A stretch of DNA of 64,000 bases, taken from contig CM074804.1 of NCBI GenBank assembly GCA_037447605.1, forward strand, positions 8,285,909 to 8,349,908, read 5' to 3'. The position numbers and the translations under genes were made by a program. This document shows, one piece after another, positions 1 to 11,300 of the stretch. The DNA is from Zygnema circumcarinatum SAG 698-1b (Eukaryota; Plantae; Zygnematophyceae). The notes beneath the pieces are model-generated. The model was not told the DNA's origin. It did not search any database and was given only the letters and a program-made list of their open reading frames with translations. The stretch's first letter is position 1, and the number at the start of each line of letters is the position of its first letter.

Positions 1-309
1 TCTGTATATGCTGACAGGTGGTTACACTTCAACCAGGAATGACCACCGAGTTGTAGGATTCTCTTACTTCTCTTCCTTATTGACGTGCTCGAGCTGAAGA
101 TAGATGCATGCTGGTGTGTGAACGTAACAAGCAAATCTACCTCTCAGAGTTGAAGAAGACCTTGTATTGGCTCCACGAATCGATGGGGCTTCCATTAGTC
201 TATAGGATTGTGCTACTTCCAAGTTTCCATATTCAATGTCCTCTAAGAGAGGATAATGATGTCTGGCCATTACTGACATTGGGAGGGATCTGGATCGAGG
301 GCTTGCCAG

Positions 310-2252
310 GTACATAAAGTCAGTTATTCCCATTGGAGTAGCTTTTGCTGCGACGCTATGGCTTGGAAACACCGCGTATTTATACATTTCAGTAGCTTTT
401 GCACAAATGCTGAAAGCAGTTAGTAAGTGATTCGCCCTTGAAACCGCTTTCTCGTGCATCTCCTTGCCTCTGCACTAGTGAGGCTTTTAATGTGGGCTAA
501 TAAAAGGAGCGTGTGGATTGAGAGATCAGCAGATATGGAGAGAGGGAGGGAAAAGAGAAAACTGAGACTCCAAGAAAGTGGGATGGACGAGCGGAAACAG
601 AGCGCAGCAGAGAGAAAAAGTGGGGAAGAGGAGAGTCAAGAGGAGGGCCGAGATTAGACTAGGAGAAAGAGAAAGGTGAGGAGAGCAAATTTAGAGAGGG
701 AATAGCGACAGGAAGATTGACGGAGCAACTCGAGAGTGTGAGTCTGTTCTATGTTCCAGTTCTGTTGGGAATTCAATCCTAACTTATATTTGGTCCACTA
801 TTTTTGGGGATGGTCTTCCAGTGCCAGTTGCAGTATTTTCCTTGGGCGTTGCTGTGGGCTTGGAAGCGTTAAGCTACCGCATGCTCGGCATTATGTCCCT
901 TATTAGCGGAGGGGTAGTCTTAGCTTCTTACGGAGAAGTGCAGTTCGAATGGATTGGCGTGATATACCAGCTTGGAGGAGTGGCGGGTGAAGCAGCTCGC
1001 CTGATCCTGACTGAGATACTCTTGAAGCGGCGAGGACTAAAGCTCGATCCCTTCACTATGATGTACTATGTGAGCCCTTGCAGGTGACCTTTCCACCCTC
1101 CCCTGCCGTTCTCGCAATTTCCCCCTTTCCCCTCTACCCCCTCCCCCCTACCCCCTCCACCTTCCCCTCCCCTTCCGCCCCCCCCCCCCTCCCCCTACCC
1201 CCTCCACCTTCCCCTCCCCTTCCGCCCCCCTCCTCCCTCCCTTCAACTCCCCATTGTCACTTCCTCTCTCACTCGCTTTCTCCTTGCCCTACAGCCGGGT
1301 TCATATGCACTCTCGCTTGGATGTATGTGCGTGTTGCTGCAAGTGAGTGAGTAAATCTCCACGCTACACTTTAGAATGGGCTCAAAACAGTACATCTAAC
1401 CGTATACCCCGTCCTCGATTTTCGCTTTTTCTTTGAGGCAGTGCGGTGTGTCTGTTGGTTCCGTTTCTCATTTTGGAGCAGCCTCAGATGAGCGCAGCTC
1501 CCGCCTTCAGGTTTGACCCCCTCATCATGGCCCTCAACGCCATGTGCACATTCGCGCTCAACGTGTCCGTGTTCCTGGTCATCATCCACAGCAGCGCTCT
1601 CACTGCGCGGGTGGCGGGAGTGGTCAAGGACTGGCTGGTTGTGCTCCTCTCTGCTGCCCTCTTTGCAGACACTCAGCTCACAGCCATCAATCTCATAGGC
1701 TATGCCATTGGTATGCTCTCCCCCTCTCTCTCTCTCTCTCGCCCTCCCTCTAGCTCTCCCTCGCCCTCCCCCTAGCTCTCCCTCGCCCTCTCTCTAGCTC
1801 TCCCTCGGCCTCGCATTCTCCCACTTTCTCTCCCTCTCTCCCCTCCCCCTTCCCCCGCCCCCTCCCTCCTCGCCCCTTCCCTTCCTCCCCCCCCTCTCCG
1901 CGCACACCCACTCTCCTCTTATGGGATGTAAGAGCCTGTGAGGCGCAGCTATCGGGGGAGTGGCCATGTACAACCAGCACAAGCTGCGGAGCCCTCCTCG
2001 GGCGGCGGAGGGGAAGTTCGCAGAGTATGCCTCTCCTCGGCTCTCAGGGGATGCTACAGCGGTGCAGATCAGCAAGGTCCGCTGCTCTGCTCGCCCCATT
2101 TCAATTGACAATGTATGGGGAGAGGGAGGGAGAGGGAGAGGGCGAGAAAGAGGAGAGGAGAGGAGAGGGAGAGGGGTTGACGGATGAAATGATATGCGTC
2201 TATATTCTAGCGCCATGAGACATCCTGCTTTTGCTGCACAGCCGGAACCTGA
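310..2252 (+). CDS. Probable sugar-phosphate/phosphate translocator (TPT / nucleotide-sugar transporter family), 5' end outside the window
   Basis: GT-AG exons 310-422 (YIKSVIPIGVAFAATLWLGNTAYLYISVAFAQMLKAV), 822-1083 (MPVAVFSLG...KLDPFTMMYYVSPC), 1442-1710 (AVCLLVPF...ARVAGVVKDWLVVLLS...NLIGYAI) and 1949-2076 (AIGGVAMYNQHK...) join in frame. Motifs are typical of plant TPT-domain transporters. The last exon is uncertain: either 2211-2252 or read-through to the stop at 2187. Confidence 0.88.
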
Positions 2253-2843
2253 CGGTGTCTCTTTCATCCTCTGTGGGCGGATAGGGAAACACGGACGGTC
2301 GACACCCCGAACAAGACAAGGAGGATTTGTAGGCACTGCAGCCCTCTTCCATACTAGGGCTCAAACGAGGGCTTTTGAACAAGAAAGTGGTTTGTTCAGT
2401 GTAAAGGAAAAATGTTAGGCTCAGATCGATCGATCGATTTTGGTGGATACAGTAGAAGAGCATTTATTTTTTTAGTTTGTAATCCAAATAAAATCATTCT
2501 TTGTGCAAAGCCACTCTCTCGATCCAATGTCTGCGTATTGTTTCTGCCAAAAGAATGAAGCGGAGAGAGCTCCAACATTACAACAAACCTGAAGCAACGC
2601 AACGTGTACCTGAGAGCTAAAACTAAATTGAATTCACCAAAAAAATGGGAGTGACCTGCATATGGCACATTGTGAAGGCGAAATTATTTCCTAAAATGGC
2701 CTTAAGAATGGAATTTTTGTGCCCTGATGGCTGAAAGATCGCTTTTTCCTGGCATCGTGGACAAGGAGAAAGTGCAGAATCTAAGTTACCTTCTTTAACA
2801 GGTTCTATGGGAGAAGCAGTACAAAGAACTAATAAAAACTGAC

Positions 2844-4192
2844 TTAGCTTTTCTCCATATCCCCCATAACAGGAATATCATCGCGCGTAGTAAATCGTTG
2901 CACATAGCCTGGACATCAATCAAAGCATAATAATCTCAGTAAGACTGAAACAATAAAACTGCAAAAGAATGAAGGGCTTCAAATAACAAGAAGAAACTCG
3001 AGCAGCCTTTACGGAACAAGCCAGAACGAGTTAAAAGAAAAAGCTGGCTTACCAATGCCTGTGCAAGCTATGCAGGTCATGGTCACTTCATGCTTTCTCT
3101 TTCTTCTGAAGGAGACTATGCCCGTGCCTTGGCATCGCTGACATTTGTCAGTCCATTGATAAACCACATCCTTGCAATTCTGCACGATTGAGAGGAGTCA
3201 AACGGAGAAGAATAGGATGAACGCACGAATGCGAATGCCTAGTAATGTGTAAATGCATGTAACCTACTCTTCAACAAAGTTAAGGCCTCCAATTGAATGG
3301 AAAAGCAACAGCAGCTTGACACGTTGTGGCGACAAAGGCGCCAGCTTCGCTCAAGACATCCAATCACAAGCGTGGATGTGATAACAAGAATAGAGGATGA
3401 TTCATAATCATAAGTGCGACAAATTAATGGACTACAAGGTGGCAACAAGCTCAGCAAGCGCTTCAGAATGCATCAAACGAGGCATAACAACAAAGAAAAA
3501 CTCCACGGCTGCAAAGCTTCCTACGACGAAAACGAAACGAAACGTAAACACAGCGAACACATCGATCCAGTTACTTGGAGGGACAAGGAGCGAGGCATAC
3601 AGCGGACCTCGAGAAGTATTTGTTTCAAACAAAGAAATAATTGGTGAAGGTTCAAGAATCTCATTGAGCTTACAGAAACTTCAGGATCGCAACTTAACAT
3701 CTCCTCTACTGCCTCCGGTCCAAGAGGAGCTGCATCAGGATATGTCATGGGAAGGGGAAGCGCCCTCTCAGGGTCGAGGTCGCTCTCCCCCCGCCCCCTG
3801 GCAAACATCTGCACTCCCCGGGGAGGTGCAGGGCCTGAAGAAGCGGTTGCTTCCCTTTGAAGGGGAGCCATGGGAGCTTGACTGCTTCCTGGAGCGAGAA
3901 ACAGAGGAGGCCACGAGGGCCAAGGGAGGGCGGGGTTCAGGGCAGCCATGGCGAAACCAGGCCCTGCTCCTGCAGTACCGCGGCCACTACTCACTCCCGG
4001 AACCCTAAAGGCCCTATAGCGCAGTCCACCATGGCTTACATCCAACTGCAGTCCGCCATGGACAGAGCAGAGCCTCTCCACCCCTCCCCCTACTCTGAAA
4101 AGACACAAGTGCGGAGCAGGGGAAGCCGCCATGGCGGAATGAAGGGCGCAGGCGGAGGGCGGCGCGCCATGGCCTCGCAGCGCCATGGCCAT
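2844..4192 (-). CDS. SCO2: SNOWY COTYLEDON 2 / CYO1-like plastid DnaJ-type zinc-finger protein disulfide isomerase
   Basis: Exons 4192-3674 (transit-peptide-like N-terminus, then ALPLPMTYPD...CDPEVS), 3179-3053 (NCKDVVYQWTDKCQRCQGTG...TCIACTGIG) and 2908-2844 (YVQRFTTRDDIPVMGDMEKS*). Two CxxCxGxG motifs and the LPLPMTYPD block match SCO2/CYO1 as I recall it. Confidence 0.9.
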
Positions 4193-4390
4193 GGCTGCCT
4201 CCGTGCCTTCGCCAGCACGCCTGCGCCGCGCCACGCGCCAAGCGACCGCTGCGCCACGTGGCTTGGTTCGCACCTGCGAAGCATGCCGTACGGAACTGGG
4301 GGCGTGCAGGCTGGCAGGGCCATCGGCGAGAGGTTGGCGACCAACGGTTGGAAATTTGCGCAGGTCGGACCGTTGGACCCATCGTTGGAT

Positions 4391-4600
4391 CAATGGTTGC
4401 GATCCATTAATTCGCGAGTTAGGCAACCATTGCCGTCCAATGGTTGCAACCATTGGCAATGGTTGCTCGGGTCGCGAATCAATGGTTGGCAACCATTGGC
4501 AAGGGTTGTTCGGGTCGCGAGTCAATGGTTCGAACTTGGGCAATGGTTGGCTTAGTCGTAAATCAATGGTTGGCAACCATTCGAATGGTTGATCCAACCG
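4391..4600. repeat. ~42-bp-period degenerate tandem array built from CAATGGTTG/CAACCATTG palindromic units
   Basis: CAATGGTT(G) or close variants at 4391, 4438, 4457, 4480, 4500, 4523, 4541, 4564 and 4583, with alternate spacings of 41-43 bp. A perfect 20-bp palindrome CCAATGGTTGCAACCATTGG lies at 4437-4456. Confidence 0.85.
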
Positions 4601-5336
4601 TCCGTCCTGTGCAATGTCAACATTGGCAGTGGTTTGGCAGTCCCTAAGGCAGGGCTCTGAGCCCCCCTCCAGCAGGGCAAGGAGAGGAAGATCAACCCTC
4701 TCCATAGTGACAGTATTCTAAGTAGTGAGATGGATTAAATAAGATTGATGAACACTGGTCATAATGTAACTAACAAAACTTTTTATGTGCGACTCCTACT
4801 AGATTAATGCAGCTTCCAGCGCCTTTAGCTGTTAGAGAGCATTCTTAGCATGCCATTGTGCTTGCTACTTTAATGGTGTACAGGGTCTGTTTCTCGGCCC
4901 TTGCGTCTTATCTAAAAGTAACAAAAGCGATCCATATCGCGACTTATCCTTTTCCCACATTGTGGGCAGATTCAAGAGAGATTAAAGATGAGGAGGAAGA
5001 AACGAGAGGTGCTGTGTCCCCCTCCGCCCCCTTCCCTTCATTTCGGGCAGACAGGGTTTGATTTTGGCACCACCACTCCCTCGCGATCGATGCGCTCCCT
5101 CGCCCAGTCCTTCCCTGCAGAAAGGAGAGGGAGAAGGAGGGAGAGGGAGAAGGAGGGAGAGGGAGAAGGAGGGAGAGGGAGAAGAGGGAGAAGGGAGGGA
5201 AAGGGAGAAGAAAAGAGCCCCGTCAGCCCACGTTGGCCCCCCTTCTGACTGATTCGGGAAATGTCACATAAAGAGGAGTCGTGGGGCACGCAACAATATA
5301 ATGTCAAGATAAGCATGAAGAGAATCATTATCACAA

Positions 5337-5340
<4 letters not shown>

Positions 5341-5430
<90 letters not shown>
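5341..5430. repeat. (TC)n microsatellite, ~45 units
   Basis: Pure TC run downstream of the malectin gene stop codon. Confidence 0.97.
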
Positions 5431-5435
<5 letters not shown>

Positions 5436-5562
5436 ATCTCTCTCTTCATTTTCCACTACTACCTTTCCTACTCCTCATCCTTCAGGCTTCACCCTCTCCA
5501 TACCCAGCCCTGATCTCCTTCTCCACCCCCTCCCTTTCTCTCTCCCCTCTGCCACTCACACA

Positions 5563-7103
5563 TCACCAAAAGTCCAATCCTGTCAATTGCCACGTACCGA
5601 TAGGCAAGACTTGGATCGCATTGCAAAGAGCATTGTCTCGTATCCCTTTAAACTCAATTTCGAGTTTTGACCCCTCGCCCACTTCTGCTACCGCCGTCGG
5701 ATACGCATACATAACGTCCTTCCCAACACGTTCCGCCAAATCGAGATACGACATAACCTTCTTTCCCTGCACTGTCACGTCGAACATCCTTTGACCGGGT
5801 AAAAAGCACGACTCGTGTCCGTACACTCTGACCAGATACTTCCCTCGCCGGAGCGGCAGGCGGTACCCCCATTGGGGCCCGCTCCTCTCCTGTCTGCAAA
5901 AGGGCCCGCACTCAATTCCAAAGTCGAAACATTCCGATTTGCCGAACAAAATGGATGGGTCAAAGGAGCGGTCTCGCAGGTAAGTCGCCTCCAGGGGCTT
6001 CTCCTCTCCTCCCCTGCACTCAAGCTCGGTAATGTTGGCGAGTCCTCCACAGAGCAGGCGATATGAGGATGGTAGCGCCCAATCTGTATGTGGAGCAGCA
6101 GCATCGAATAGAGAGAGAGGTCAAACCATGAATGAGGTCCTCTAAAGGTCAGCAGGCCTTTATTTCAACTCCCAAGAAAGCCTGTCTTCAAGCTATATCT
6201 TAATCAGCCCTCTCTGTTCTCCACGCTCCCCCCCCCCTGCACTGAGCGAGCAGAGCGAATGGAATGCACATGATGCTCATGGGGTCGACTGGTTGCTGCC
6301 TCGATCTACATGAGCCTGATCCCTCTCGTTCATGTTCCATCGCCACTGATGGGCTATGGCGGCGAAGAAAAAAAAAAGGGCGCTCGCAACAAAGCATATT
6401 CCCACGTACTCATCACTTTGCGCTGGGAAGCTTAAACTTTGAACTTGAAAGATTTAACCATCTAGGGAAGCTTAAAGGTGATATCAAGTATTAGAAATCT
6501 CAAAGTCTTACTACATGAGTCTGAAAGGTACAACTTCTAGATTTTTTAACTGGATCCAGCTATCTGTATAGTATCTATCTGTAATTCGAAACAAGAAACG
6601 AGGCCGATACATCAATGCAGTACCCATTCCAGCAAAAACAACATCCATCGAGTCCGATACTAAAATTCCCAAACTTCAAAATTTTCCCACCCCCACTCAA
6701 TGCAGAGCCCCTCTCTCCAGAAGCCTCTGTGGGCGCTATAGCCTTGGGCCCACTTTCTCGCCCCAGCCCAAGCAGGCCGCCCCCCCCCCACCCTACCTCG
6801 GCTGTCGTCGAACGCGAAGGCGGGGGCGCGGGCCACCTCCCGCAGCACGCGCACCACGAGGTACGCCAGACACGTCGCCGCCACCGCCACCCGCACCGCA
6901 TTGAACACGCTCCATCCCCCTCCCCATCCCACTCCCTTTCCCCCTTCCCCTCCCCCTCCCCCTCTCCCTCCCCAGCCCCCGGCCCCCCCCCCGCCCCCGC
7001 TCCCACCCCCGCCTTCGCCTTCGCCCCCACCCCCGCCCCCGCGCCCTGGCGGGTCCTTCTCCTCCCCATCCACGGCCGCCCACGGCCGCCTGCCATCCGC
7101 CAT
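5563..7103 (-). CDS. Malectin-domain protein with N-terminal Gly-rich region and a single TM helix (type II-like)
   Basis: Exon 7103-6797 gives MADGRRPW, a Gly-rich stretch, then hydrophobic VFNAVRVAVAATCLAYLVVRVL. The last exon 6083-5563 gives YRLLCGG...YLRDRSF...ERSGPQWGYRLPLRRGKYLVRVYGHE...GQRMFDVTVQG...LDLAERVG...LEIEFKGIRDNALCNAIQV, the malectin-fold pattern. The middle exons (~6270-6570) are not resolved. Confidence 0.75.
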
Positions 7104-7164
7104 GGTTAGCCTCACCTCGCTCCGCGCCCCCCCCGTGCCCGCCCGCCCCCACAGCGCCCCTCCC

Positions 7165-7480
7165 GCGTACGGCGTACGGACGGTACGGACACCAAAAGCG
7201 ACATGCTATCGATATATTGCGATATCGCGCAGACGACCTATTCAAACCGTACGCTGCCAGCTGCCGGTACCGCTACCGGCCGGAATAGGGGGAGTCAGAC
7301 GACCATCGCTTACGAAATTCCCGAATTCCTTCTACTAAAAGTCACCTAAAATGCGTACCTAGCCAATGCTTGATTCGCCCGACAAGCTTACGAAATTGAT
7401 TTGGCGATGGTCAAGGTCTGACTCCTTCTAATATGTACGCTTTCGTACGGCATTGTTCGGTACGGTAATGTACGGTACCA
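7165..7480. promoter_or_regulatory. GTAC (SBP/SPL core) cluster upstream of the malectin gene
   Basis: 11 GTAC copies, at 7167, 7174, 7183, 7249, 7267, 7355, 7435, 7445, 7460, 7470 and 7475, mostly as CGTACG/GTACGG. Confidence 0.5.
7288..7428. mobile_element. Candidate 141-bp MITE / fold-back element
   Basis: Imperfect terminal inverted repeats GGGGGAGTCAGAC-GACCATCGC ... GCGATGGTC-aag-GTCTGACTCCTTC, flanked by TA on both sides (7286-7287, 7429-7430). Internal direct repeat GCTTACGAAATT at ~7308 and ~7386. Confidence 0.45.
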
Positions 7481-8375
7481 TACTGTAACCGTTTCCGACT
7501 GCCCCCTTGCCACCATCATCCCAAAAAATCATTTCCTCAGAGCGAGTGAACGGCTGCCATACGTCACCAACCTTGAAAGCCAGCCTGACAAAGTCTGTGC
7601 TGGTTGTCGCATGCGGGCACGCGCGTTGACTCGCACTTTTTTATTTACTTTGGCTGGTGGGCCAATCGGAAGCACTTGCCACACATGCGGGGTACCGAAA
7701 CATTTCGCGGCTGCCCGCAGTTGGCGGCCTCCCGGCCCCGCGCATACGCGTCCGCCCTCGCCACCGCGCTGAGGGCCCCACCGCGCCACGCCACCGGACA
7801 CGAATTGGCCGACGGATCTTCAACGAGCCGGCACCGACCTACAACGAAGGGGCCGGATAGGCCGTACGGACGGTCGGTCACGAGGCCACCCGAAACGATT
7901 GCGGGCCATATACAACCTCCCCTCACGTTTTGAAAAAGCAACTTTTTCTATATTTTGATTGTGATTTTTACTTCATTTTATGTATTTTCTGCTGAAAGGG
8001 GGTTAAACCCACAAAAAAATTGGATCCTCCACTGAACACAATGCAGAGCGACAGAAGGGAATAGAAGCCCCACGGTCCCAAAGCTCTTTATAATTAGCAA
8101 AGCTACGCGATGGAAATGGCTTCTGTAGAGCCACGCCAGCACACGAGCCCCAAGGAGCCACTCCCCCAAAGAGGGCCCGAAAGGGTTTATTGTTTTTTAA
8201 TAACCCATCACGCAGTGGCTGGCATGCACTCTTGGATGTCCCACGAACTTTTTGATCTCAGGCCCAAAAAACGACATCCATCTGACCGATGCGATAGATG
8301 TCTCCTCCCACTCTTCCTCCTTCCGTTCCCTTTGTTCTTTCCCCCCCTTCTCTGCCCCCCTCTCACCCCATCCCT

Positions 8376-11300
8376 TTATCGAAATCTCTCTCTTCCTCGG
8401 AATCCCATATGCTGCCTGAGGCTCCCCCCTCCCCGACTGAGCCTGTGAAACACCTGCTGCAAAGTGGGCTGGCTCACATTATAGCTCTCAATTCTTAGTG
8501 GTTCCCTCCGTGTCTCCAGCTCATGCAACAGCATAGCCAGCTCTCTCAGCCCTTCAACCGGAACCTTAAATCTCGCCTGCCCACCAGCTGAGCCGCCCAC
8601 ACAGTCCAGGGCACTCTCGCCACTCTCTGAGTCTCTCCCTCTCCCCATGAAGGGAGTGCTAGAAACCATGAAATCGTCCTCTTCTTCAAGGGGTGTGGGA
8701 AACAACGTGGTTATGAACTCTCGGATAGCCGGCAGCCTTTCAGGAGCCGCTGAGATAAGAAGAGTGTAAGTGGAGCCGTACCGCTGCTTCAGCTGCTGAG
8801 GGAAGCCCAGACACTTAAGTTCGCCTTTCACCATGATGCCCACGCGGGCTCTGCAGGCACATTAGTATGGCAGAAGCGTAAGGAAAAGGAGGACGAGTAG
8901 GGGAGCTAGTGGGGAAAGTGTCACGGTAGAAAAACCCTGCTTCCAAGGGCATGTAATGCATGGGCGAAGGTGACGTAGCCACTCAGCCTAATGCATTTAC
9001 AACCTCACAGAGGAGCAGGGCGCATGCAGATTGCCTTCTGAAGTAGTTGACTATAGCGAGCCCATAACAGCACTTGGAGAGGGAACCTTAAGAATCAAAA
9101 GGCCTAAAGAGCAAACTGCAGGAGGAAAAAGAGGCTGCAGAGACAGAGGAAAGTGGAAATAGGTTGGCAGACGTGAGTGTTACGGGAGATTTGATTCCAC
9201 CTTTCCGACACGACATCACTATGAGGCTTTAGACCCGGGTCTCTAAAGTTCAGGTCTATTTAAACATACATTCTGTGAATGCATAGATAGAGCAAAGTGG
9301 TACACTTCATACCCGAGGGCCTCAGCCACTTCCACAGAATGAGTGCAGATGAGAGTTGCCCGTTGCTTTGACTCCTTTGCAAGGAGCGCCCAGAGCTCCC
9401 TCCTACTGGCGACATCCAGACCTGGGGAGCAGGACGCAGTTATTGGAAAACATAGCAGTTTCAGCGTTCCAGTTAGTTGAGCATTCAAGAAGGGGCACGC
9501 AGTCAATGAAAAACTTGACTGCTGAGAGAGGAAGCAAGATAGAGGTTGAAGGAGGGGAGGGGGAGGGGGCGAGAGGACGGGGAGAGGGGAGGGGGAGGGG
9601 GACGGCAGGGGCGGCAAAAATTTGAAATTATCTTTTGAACTAAAGAAAGGAAAAATTATGTGTACGGTACCTTGTGAAGGTTCATCCAACAGAAGAACAG
9701 GCGAATTTCCCAAAAGAGAAATTGCCAGACTTAGTCGCCGGAGTGTGGATGCTTTGCAGATGTCAGCTGACAGATCTGCATCCCCTGCTCACATGCCGCG
9801 TCCACAGAATGATTAAGAAAAAGTCATGGGGAAGGAAGTGGGATGGAAGGGAGGGAGGGAGAGAGGGGGGAAAGTGGGGGGAGAGAGGGGGAGAGAGAGT
9901 GGGGGAAGAGAGAGGGGGAGAGAGGGAGGCCGAGAGAGAGACAGAGAGAGGTCTTGAGTGATCTTCAATCAAAGGGAGGAAACATGACGAATCGTCTGAT
10001 GCGCAAGGGAATCCATAGTCGCAGAGAAGAGGAACCAAGGCTCGTTTGAACAACATTCGAACTTCGACTTTGAAGTCACAAATAGGCCATGGTACTGTTA
10101 GGAAGTAGGAAGTAGTAGGTCGCTTAATATATGGGGTTTGCAGATGTATAAATGAAAAAGGGTCGTCTACAGGAAAGAAATGGAGAGAGTTCCAACTCGT
10201 TTGCTATCGTTAGCGTTGAACTGGTTATTATAGCCACCTTGCAAATGTACGCGATCTCTTCTCAAAAAGCGCCCTCCCTAAGGGTGGGTACCAAATTCCA
10301 CACATAATCTAACTGTTACTTACCATTCAACTTGAGGGATGCCATCACCTCCTCTACTGCTATGCTGTGAGGCTGTGGGAGCCCCTTGATTGCCGCAAAG
10401 AGCAATAGATGCTCTCTCACTGTCAGAGACGCATATAGCACCTGCACATGCCGGGAGGAGTTAACAAAGGGGAAATGAAGAGATCAGATTCAAGGAATCT
10501 ACAAACGCAGAACAAGCGCGTCCCATCTCCTATATCCTCATTCTTGCTCATTCCCACTTCTCGCTCTTCCTCCTCCCTCCATACCTCTCCTTGAGGACAA
10601 TAGCTGACTGCGGAGGAGTCGCGCTGGTAGCTGTAGCGCACACTGGCCCCATTGATAAGCGCATCGCCGTAGCTGACAGGAGTCGCCCCTGCTAGACAGC
10701 GCAGTACTGTGCTCTTACCGGCGTTTTCGCCCCCTAACAGCACAACAATCTGCAGCCCAAAAAAGGGAGAAACTAACTTTGGCAAGAAGAAAAGCCCACA
10801 GGGAGTTATGTGTGGGTTGATGAAAAATCCACAAGGCAGCATCTTCTCGCAGCTTCAGATTAGACACGGTCAGATTCTGCAGATTTTTTGGTATAGATAT
10901 GGGATGTATCCCTGTAACTGAAGCAAAAAAAACATGAAAATGAATGGAAACGAACGGCAGGTTTCTGAATTTTGGAGTTCCTTCAGAACCCCTATGGGTT
11001 CGTTAGATACATGTGAAATTGAGTCATTCAGACCTCATGTGGTCGTGCAAATTCAAGAGCATGTTTGCATTCAATTTTTGCTACAAAATATATCCATGCA
11101 TACCTCTCCCCTGGGGATACTGAGCCAGAAGTTTTTGACAGCCCACCCTCCTGGAATTTGATGGAGGCCAAAAATCCCTGTGGAAGTTGTGAAACTCTGC
11201 AGTCCAACACCCACTGAATCATGATTGCCGCGCCTCCACTCAACGAGGAAATGCCTACTTTAGATTTCAGCAGCACGCATCAAGCATCAAGAACATCATG

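Noticed and set aside
4391-4600. CRISPR-like palindromic repeat array
   Set aside because: The spacers are themselves repeated and short, there are no cas genes, and the context is eukaryotic.
4858-5334. Possible small gene between SCO2 and the malectin gene
   Set aside because: Only short low-complexity ORFs, with no recognisable domain or consistent exon chain.
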